Below, one piece after another: positions 58,135 to 64,000 of a stretch of 64,000 nucleotides of DNA; position 1 is the stretch's first letter, and the number at the start of each line of letters is the position of its first letter. Source of the stretch: Alphaproteobacteria bacterium (GTDB lineage Bacteria > Pseudomonadota > Alphaproteobacteria > UBA7879 > UBA5542); assembly GCA_037146715.1 (NCBI GenBank), contig JBAWWO010000002.1, positions 81,417 to 145,416 of the forward strand. Direction: 5' to 3'. Made by a program: the position numbers and the translations under genes. Below the pieces are notes generated by a model. It searched no databases. It saw only the letters and a list, made by a program, of their open reading frames with translations, and was not told where the DNA came from.

Positions 58135-61100
58135 TTAATCCCGCCTATTTTCTTGCAGTTTTAAATCATTAACCTGAGATAAAAGATTTTTTGCAATCAG
58201 CTCTTCTTTTTTAATTCTTTCTATATCTTTTTGCAGTTCAGCAGGGAGGTTATCTGTCTTTACTGATAGAAAGCGATGATCCATGTTAAATGCAGGACCT
58301 TGATATTCCATATCTGAGATTTTATTGGCTAAAATTCTATTATCATTTTCATCGCTGCCTCTGATATTTTCCTGACGGAGGGTTCTCAGCTTTTTCTCCA
58401 AAGCATGGGTTTTCCTTTTATAATCGGGATCATAGGTTTGATTACCTACATCATGGTCTTCAAGAGCCTTCTGTAAGGCCGGCGCAAGTTTTACAGGACC
58501 AATAGGAATCCATTCAAGATTTTGGAAATTAGATGAATCATCTTCTGCAGCATCTAAACTTGAAACAACCTGAGACCCATTAACGCTTAGACTAAACGAA
58601 GTATCTTGGGTTCCAGAATCTGTGGGGTCAACAGGCTGTTGTGATTGGTCTATTGGGTTACCTGAATCATTCGTAAACCCATCAGATCCTCCCTGATTTT
58701 CATCCCCACCCAAATCTGGGGAACCTCCTAAAAGTTGCCCTGTGATATCATCAGGGGTGAATGTTGTATCCACTGTTCCGGGATCCGCAGGGTCTGTTGG
58801 GACATCACCGGGTGCTATTTCAATGGTATAAGATCCATCAGGTGCTGTATAATTGCCGTCTCCATTACCTCCTTGTCCTGAATCCTGGTTTGATCCCAAA
58901 CCCGGATCAGTCGGAAGATCACCATTTCCCCCATTATTGTTCGTTGGATTTGGCGGTAGAGGGGGCTCTGGTTGGGGTGGTGTTGGGGGGCCTCTATAAA
59001 TAATATATGTCTCTGCAACTGGCCCAGGGGCAGGATTAAAAACTATCCAAGTACCTGGTTCAACCGTATAGATTGGCCATTGATTGGTGTAAAGAGTTGG
59101 AATGCCTACCATTGTTACGGTGCCGTTATAGATTTGATTGTTCACTGTATAGGCGCTACCGCTTAAAGTTATGGCTGGGGCTGTGGTGGTTAAAGAGGTC
59201 AGCGGAGCCCCCGTCCAAACCCCTATTTGACCCATGGATAGGGTTCCTGCTGCATTTAAGGTTAGATTTTGCGCCGTGGGAGTGCTTGTGATCGCCCCAA
59301 TACTTATATTGTTGGCAGTGCTTGTTAGGGTGGCATCTGTTCCAGATAGATTTGTAGTGCCTGTATAAGTTTGACTTTCTGTGGTGGTTATATTGTCAGT
59401 TAAGTTTATAAGAGTCGCTATACTATTTAAACTTGTAAGGGGTGTGCCTGACCCTATAAGGGGTAGTTGAAGCGTCTCTACGACTCCTCCATCGGGGGCG
59501 CCCTGAATTGTTAAAGAGTGGGCGCCATCGATTGTGCTAGGCGCTTGTCTTCCAAACCCATTCGTGAAAGTCTGAAATCCAATTTGTCCAGTAACGGTTT
59601 GTAATGTGACATCACCATTTAAGATAACAGCACCAGTGTAAATTTGTAGCCCTTCTGTGATAGTCGTTATATTTCCTAGGGTAATGTTGCCCAAACTGCC
59701 CCCATTCAAGGCCGTTGCCGTTAAATTGCTTAAGGAATGTGTCGTTCCTATATTATTAGGCAGGCTAATATTAGCTGCAGAAAGAGTAAGATTATATGAG
59801 GTTTCAAATCCATTAATGCTGCTGCTAAAAATTATATCCGTATTGGTTGTTAAAGTAGAGTCTGCTCCTACGGTTACCGGCCCATGATAAGTTTGATTGC
59901 CTGTTGTCGTTATGTTTCCGGTAAAAGCTATGTTTGGGGTTGTGCTGTTCCCTAGTACTAATGTGTTGACACCCGTAACTGTAGCTAATTTTACTCCGCC
60001 TCTACCTGATGGGACATCAATGGTTAGATTAAATGGACCGCCAAGTGCGTTACCTGTTATTGTACTGTTAATAAATAGAATGCCATCATCTTTAGTGGCG
60101 GGAGATGTTGTTACGGTCAATGCTAGGTTATTGCCTAGATTTACCGGCATCGTATAGCTTTGGAGCAGTTGTGTTGTAACATTATCACGTATGGTAATCG
60201 TTCCTACCCCTGAAATATCCATCGATATCAGTGGAATTATTCCACCAACAACCCCACCAAAGTATACTCCTTGCGATCCTGAATTCGTTGTCAAGACAGA
60301 GGCCCCGTTAAGGGTTGATGTAAAAGAAATAAGGCCAGAAATACCAGTTGTCGTTAATGTAATCGGCGTTGCAGCCAAATTTACTGGCCCATAATAAGTT
60401 TGTGGTCCCGTCGTTGTAGCATCCCCAATTAAATCTATAGCGCTGGCAGTGACAGATAGAGTCGTTAAGTAAGGTACAGTATTTAAAACAGGCAAATTAG
60501 CTTGGGTAACAATTCCTCCACCTGTAGTTCCCTGAATAGTTAAAGCATAAGATCCTGTGATAGTGCTATCAGCAGAGAACTCAATTGAACCATTGGTTGC
60601 TTTCAAAGCCAGGTCATTATCCAATGTCATAGACGCCGTATAACTTTGGTTTCCAGTTGTCGCAATAGAACTGGTACCATTTACGGTAAGGGCTCGGTTT
60701 GCAGCACCATTAGGACCAACGGTTAGGCTGGTTATGGGGGTTGTGTCTCCTATATCAGCATTTAAGTTAATTGTGTTTGCATAAACAAAAAGATCTTGTG
60801 CCCCATCAATGGTGCTGCCAATAGTTATCGTGTCTCCTCTTAAGGTTGGATCTGCGGCTAAGGTAATTGCACCCCCATAGGTTTGATCACCTGTGGTTGT
60901 GACATTACTAGTCAGAATAGTAGAAACCCCACTTCCTATAGTTAATGATGCTAAGTTAGCAGAACCAAAAGTCACCTGAGTCGTGGGAGTTGCAATGATT
61001 AGATTATGCGCGCCGTCAACACTTCCATCAAATTCGATGTAATTGGTTTCAGAAGTTAAAGTAAAATCTGAATCTAAAGTAACATTACCAGAATAGGTTT

Positions 61101-64000
61101 GAGTTCCTGATGTTGTAATAGAACTGTTTAAGGCCGTTGTTCCAGAAACACTAAAATTATTGATATTGGTAAACAGTCCATTCAAAGCACTGTTTCCAGT
61201 GATGGTCAAGTTATATGGAGTACCTGTACCTGTTGCTATAAGAGGTCCTAAACTGATCGTACCTCCTGTCAATGTTAAATTGTCAGCCCCTAAAGTTATG
61301 CTGCCCGAATAGGTCTGTGTTCCTGTGGTAGTGACATTGCCATATAAATTAACAGGTCCAATCCCTGTGTTCACAGAAGCTAGGGAAGTTCCTGAACCCA
61401 CATTGCCCCCAAATGTGATGGACCCTGTTCCTGTACTTAAAATAAGATCATAATTCCCATTAATTGCACTTTGAAAATTAATAGGATTACTACTACTGTT
61501 TAAGGACGTATTGGTACCTAGGGTAACGGCTCCCCCATACAGTTGGTTGGCAGAAGTAGATACATTTCCTCCCAAAACAATAGTAATCGGATTTGTGATG
61601 GTTAAGTGTGTTAAATAGTTGCCTCCTCCTCCCACATTACCAAATCCTACGCTTCCAGTTGATGAGGCAATAGTCAAACCATAATGGGTTCCACTGGTTA
61701 CTCCGCTAATATCTGCCAGAGTGATAAAGGTTCCATTTAAAGTTGTATTGCCGCCCAAGGTTGCAAGTCCAGTGTAGACCTGAGTACCTGTAGTCGTAAT
61801 AGAAACATTTAGCTTTGAGGGGCCATCAATTCTTAGGTTATCTATATTGTCAACGGTATCATTCATGGTGACAAGTCCCTCCGTTGCTGAAAGCGTTAAA
61901 CTGTTGCCTCCCCCCGCTATGGACGTATTCAAAGTGACATTTCCTGTCGTTGATTCCAGAGTAGAATCTGTATTCAAGGTAACAGTTCCAGAATAGGTTT
62001 GACTGTCTACAGTAGTAATGCCCCCGTTAAGAGTAATCGCATTAGTATCGTTTATTAAAAGGGTAGTTAAAGGATTGGAAAATCCAATGTTTCCTAGTGT
62101 TACACCAGATGTTGATCCATTAATTGTTAAGCTATAAGCAGATATGGTTCCATCAACATTACCTAGGGTAAGAGTGCTGCTGTTTCCAGCTGTTAGGGTT
62201 CTGGTGTTTCCTAATGTAACAGTGCCCCCATAGATTTGATTACCGGTTGTGGTGATATCTTCATTTAAAGTGATTGTGTTTGCCGAATAATCAGAACCAT
62301 TATTCACACTAAGATTATTAATATTATTAATTGGATTATTCAGGGTCATGTTTCCTGTAAGGGTAAAATTGTGTCCATTTCCGGCAACAGTTTGTAAAAC
62401 AACTGTCCCCCCTTCTGTTGAACTTAGGGTAAGATCATCATTCAAAGTCAGGGTATTTCTATAAGTTTGATCGCCTGTAGTGGTGATAGAGATAGGACTT
62501 AATCTCCCCATACTAATCGGCCCTAATCCCGTGTCTAGAGAGATTAGTGGTGTAGTCGTTCCCGCACTTCCCCCAAAAGAAAGGGCTCCAACTCCTGTGC
62601 TTAAGGTAAGTGCATGGGCCCCATCAATAGCGCCACCAAAGGTGATATTATGATCTGTTGTGGTCAGAGTAGAATCTGCACCTAATGTCATCGCTCCTGT
62701 ATAGATTTGTGTTCCTAATGTTGTTATAGAGTTATTTAAGGCAGTTGTTCCCGAAACACTGAAATTACCAACAACACTAAAGGCTCCATCCAGAACGCTG
62801 TTACCTGTAATGGTTAAATTATTGCCTGCCCCTGTAATAGCTTTTAACGTAATAGTGCTACCTTCAAGAGTCAAATTTGTACCCAAAGTCATTGGACTAC
62901 CATAGGTTTGATACCCTGAAGTAGTGATGCCAGAAATACTATTGCTTAAAGTGATAGTGTTATCGGGCAACCCATCATTGATACTAAGGTTGTTTACGCC
63001 AGAAATATTATCATTCAGATCTACAGCGTTTCCTGCAATATTAAGGCTATAGTTTTGCCCAGTAACTGCACCCAATTCGATGGTACCCCCGGCCGTTAAG
63101 GCCATATCATCACTCAAAGTCATCGTTCCACCATAGGTTTGAGCACCTGTGGTAGCAATAGAAGTTGGAGTTGCCCCCCCCGCCGGCCCCATGTTCACAG
63201 CGCTTGCCCCTGTATTCAAAGAACCCAGAGCATAGATTAATCCCATATTTCCGTCAAAATTCACATTTCCGGTCGCAGCAAGAGTTAGGGCCTGTCCTTG
63301 ACTTCCGCCCTCTCCATCAGGTGTGGCATCAACAGTGCTGTAAAAAGAGATATCTCCACTACTGTTCGTTAAAATGATTGTTCCCGATGGGGTACCCCCC
63401 AATGTTACAGTTCCCGGATAAGTTTGAGCGGTTGTGGTTGTAACGTCACCTGTTAAGGTGGCAGGAATGGTTGAATCTATTTGTAAAGTATGTACGTTTG
63501 TAATTGTACCAAAAGTAACCGCTGATGCTGATGCGATGTGTAGATTAGAACTCTCTCCACTGACGTTACTCATGATAATGAGTCCAGTTCCTGCCGTTAG
63601 AACAGACCCGCTGTTCAATGTTATGGTTCCACCATAGTTTTGACCATCTGCTCCCGTGGTAGTGACATTTCCGGTTAGGCTAACAGCTCCAGATCCTGTG
63701 TTGAGAGAAGTTAAGGCAGTTAGGGGCGTATAGCCCACATTCCCGCCAAAAGTCACGCTGCCGGCGCTTCCTCCAGATCCTGTGTTAAGGGTAAGAGCAT
63801 GGGCCCCGCTTATCGTACCACTAAACCCTATATTACTATTCGTCGTCTTCAAAGTAGCATCTCCACCTAAGGTTATCCCCACATAAGATTGGGACCCTGT
63901 TGTGATGATGTTATTATTTATCGCGACAGTGTTGCTTGGTGTACTATCAAGGGAAGTCAAATTTGTTCCCCCACCTACAACTCCTGTAAATGTGACAACT
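58135..64000 (-). CDS. giant repetitive beta-helix-type surface or secreted protein (more than 1950 aa; N-terminus lies beyond the window)
   Basis: The frame stays open past 63960 to the window edge (...VVTFTGVVGGGTN-LTSLD). About 21 copies of an (I/V)TTxGxQxYxGxhTL motif are present. A Pro-rich hinge starts near 58989, followed by a D/G/N/T/P-rich linker and a charged helical C-terminus. Confidence 0.85.
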   Translation of the reverse strand, partial: VVTFTGVVGGGTNLTSLDSTPSNTVAINNNIITTGSQSYVGITLGGDATLKTTNSNIGFSGTISGAHALTLNTGSGGSAGSVTFGGNVGYTPLTALTSLNTGSGAVSLTGNVTTTGADGQNYGGTITLNSGSVLTAGTGLIIMSNVSGESSNLHIASASAVTFGTITNVHTLQIDSTIPATLTGDVTTTTAQTYPGTVTLGGTPSGTIILTNSSGDISFYSTVDATPDGEGGSQGQALTLAATGNVNFDGNMGLIYALGSLNTGASAVNMGPAGGATPTSIATTGAQTYGGTMTLSDDMALTAGGTIELGAVTGQNYSLNIAGNAVDLNDNISGVNNLSINDGLPDNTITLSNSISGITTSGYQTYGSPMTLGTNLTLEGSTITLKAITGAGNNLTITGNSVLDGAFSVVGNFSVSGTTALNNSITTLGTQIYTGAMTLGADSTLTTTDHNITFGGAIDGAHALTLSTGVGALSFGGSAGTTTPLISLDTGLGPISMGRLSPISITTTGDQTYRNTLTLNDDLTLSSTEGGTVVLQTVAGNGHNFTLTGNMTLNNPINNINNLSVNNGSDYSANTITLNEDITTTGNQIYGGTVTLGNTRTLTAGNSSTLTLGNVDGTISAYSLTINGSTSGVTLGNIGFSNPLTTLLINDTNAITLNGGITTVDSQTYSGTVTLNTDSTLESTTGNVTLNTSIAGGGNSLTLSATEGLVTMNDTVDNIDNLRIDGPSKLNVSITTTGTQVYTGLATLGGNTTLNGTFITLADISGVTSGTHYGLTIASSTGSVGFGNVGGGGNYLTHLTITNPITIVLGGNVSTSANQLYGGAVTLGTNTSLNSSSNPINFQSAINGNYDLILSTGTGSITFGGNVGSGTSLASVNTGIGPVNLYGNVTTTGTQTYSGSITLGADNLTLTGGTISLGPLIATGTGTPYNLTITGNSALNGLFTNINNFSVSGTTALNSSITTSGTQTYSGNVTLDSDFTLTSETNYIEFDGSVDGAHNLIIATPTTQVTFGSANLASLTIGSGVSTILTSNVTTTGDQTYGGAITLAADPTLRGDTITIGSTIDGAQDLFVYANTINLNADIGDTTPITSLTVGPNGAANRALTVNGTSSIATTGNQSYTASMTLDNDLALKATNGSIEFSADSTITGSYALTIQGTTGGGIVTQANLPVLNTVPYLTTLSVTASAIDLIGDATTTGPQTYYGPVNLAATPITLTTTGISGLISFTSTLNGASVLTTNSGSQGVYFGGVVGGIIPLISMDISGVGTITIRDNVTTQLLQSYTMPVNLGNNLALTVTTSPATKDDGILFINSTITGNALGGPFNLTIDVPSGRGGVKLATVTGVNTLVLGNSTTPNIAFTGNITTTGNQTYHGPVTVGADSTLTTNTDIIFSSSINGFETSYNLTLSAANISLPNNIGTTHSLSNLTATALNGGSLGNITLGNITTITEGLQIYTGAVILNGDVTLQTVTGQIGFQTFTNGFGRQAPSTIDGAHSLTIQGAPDGGVVETLQLPLIGSGTPLTSLNSIATLINLTDNITTTESQTYTGTTNLSGTDATLTSTANNISIGAITSTPTAQNLTLNAAGTLSMGQIGVWTGAPLTSLTTTAPAITLSGSAYTVNNQIYNGTVTMVGIPTLYTNQWPIYTVEPGTWIVFNPAPGPVAETYIIYRGPPTPPQPEPPLPPNPTNNNGGNGDLPTDPGLGSNQDSGQGGNGDGNYTAPDGSYTIEIAPGDVPTDPADPGTVDTTFTPDDITGQLLGGSPDLGGDENQGGSDGFTNDSGNPIDQSQQPVDPTDSGTQDTSFSLSVNGSQVVSSLDAAEDDSSNFQNLEWIPIGPVKLAPALQKALEDHDVGNQTYDPDYKRKTHALEKKLRTLRQENIRGSDENDNRILANKISDMEYQGPAFNMDHRFLSVKTDNLPAELQKDIERIKKEELIAKNLLSQVNDLKLQENRRD

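Noticed and set aside
58135-64000. Classical type Va autotransporter or RTX toxin call for the giant protein
   Set aside because: The C-terminal 280 aa are Pro/Asp/Gly-rich and then helical and charged. They show no amphipathic beta-barrel pattern and no terminal aromatic residue. The GGNGD-type strings do not fit the GGxGxD nonapeptide register.

Overview
This 64 kb window is a chromosomal segment from an alphaproteobacterium. The lineage markers are mipZ, split ATP synthase b and b-prime genes behind atpI-atpB-atpE, a DUF3035/BamF-like lipoprotein, ffh-rpsP-rimM-trmD-rplS, and an iscR-nifS-like-iscS-iscU-iscA-hscB-hscA operon. By eye the sequence is moderately AT-rich. Several features suggest a host-associated or intracellular lifestyle, but this is inference: mosaic palindromic intergenic repeats resembling Rickettsia palindromic elements, Sel1-repeat and kinase-fold proteins with signal peptides, and a giant repeat protein. 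I can support about 60 protein genes, 3 tRNAs (Arg-CCT, Met/Ile-CAT, Pro-TGG), a CIRCE operator with a promoter upstream of groES-groEL, a candidate IscR box, and two clear rho-independent terminators. I saw no rRNA, CRISPR array, transposase, integrase or phage genes. The items most worth follow-up are listed here. (1) A tightly coupled tssK-tssL-tssM-tssA type VI secretion module has no sheath, tube, spike or TssJ genes in the window. It runs directly into an orphan membrane-anchored PotD/PotF-like binding protein. (2) A secretin lipoprotein, two prepilin-like genes and a small membrane protein form a mini-cluster with no ATPase, platform or peptidase gene. (3) A RhuM-Doc fusion gene is bounded by a near-perfect 63-bp direct repeat, together with a relic ffh 5-prime end and a collapsed CDGSH gene. 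(4) A Sec-signal kinase-fold protein with a Cys-rich N-domain lies next to a DsbA-like gene. (5) A protein of more than 1950 aa carries a beta-helix-type repeat and has no autotransporter barrel. (6) A modular palindromic repeat family sits in intergenic regions, including inside the rpsP-rimM junction. (7) A structured intergenic region may encode a small RNA. All functional calls rest on motifs I recognise in the supplied translations. No database search was run.
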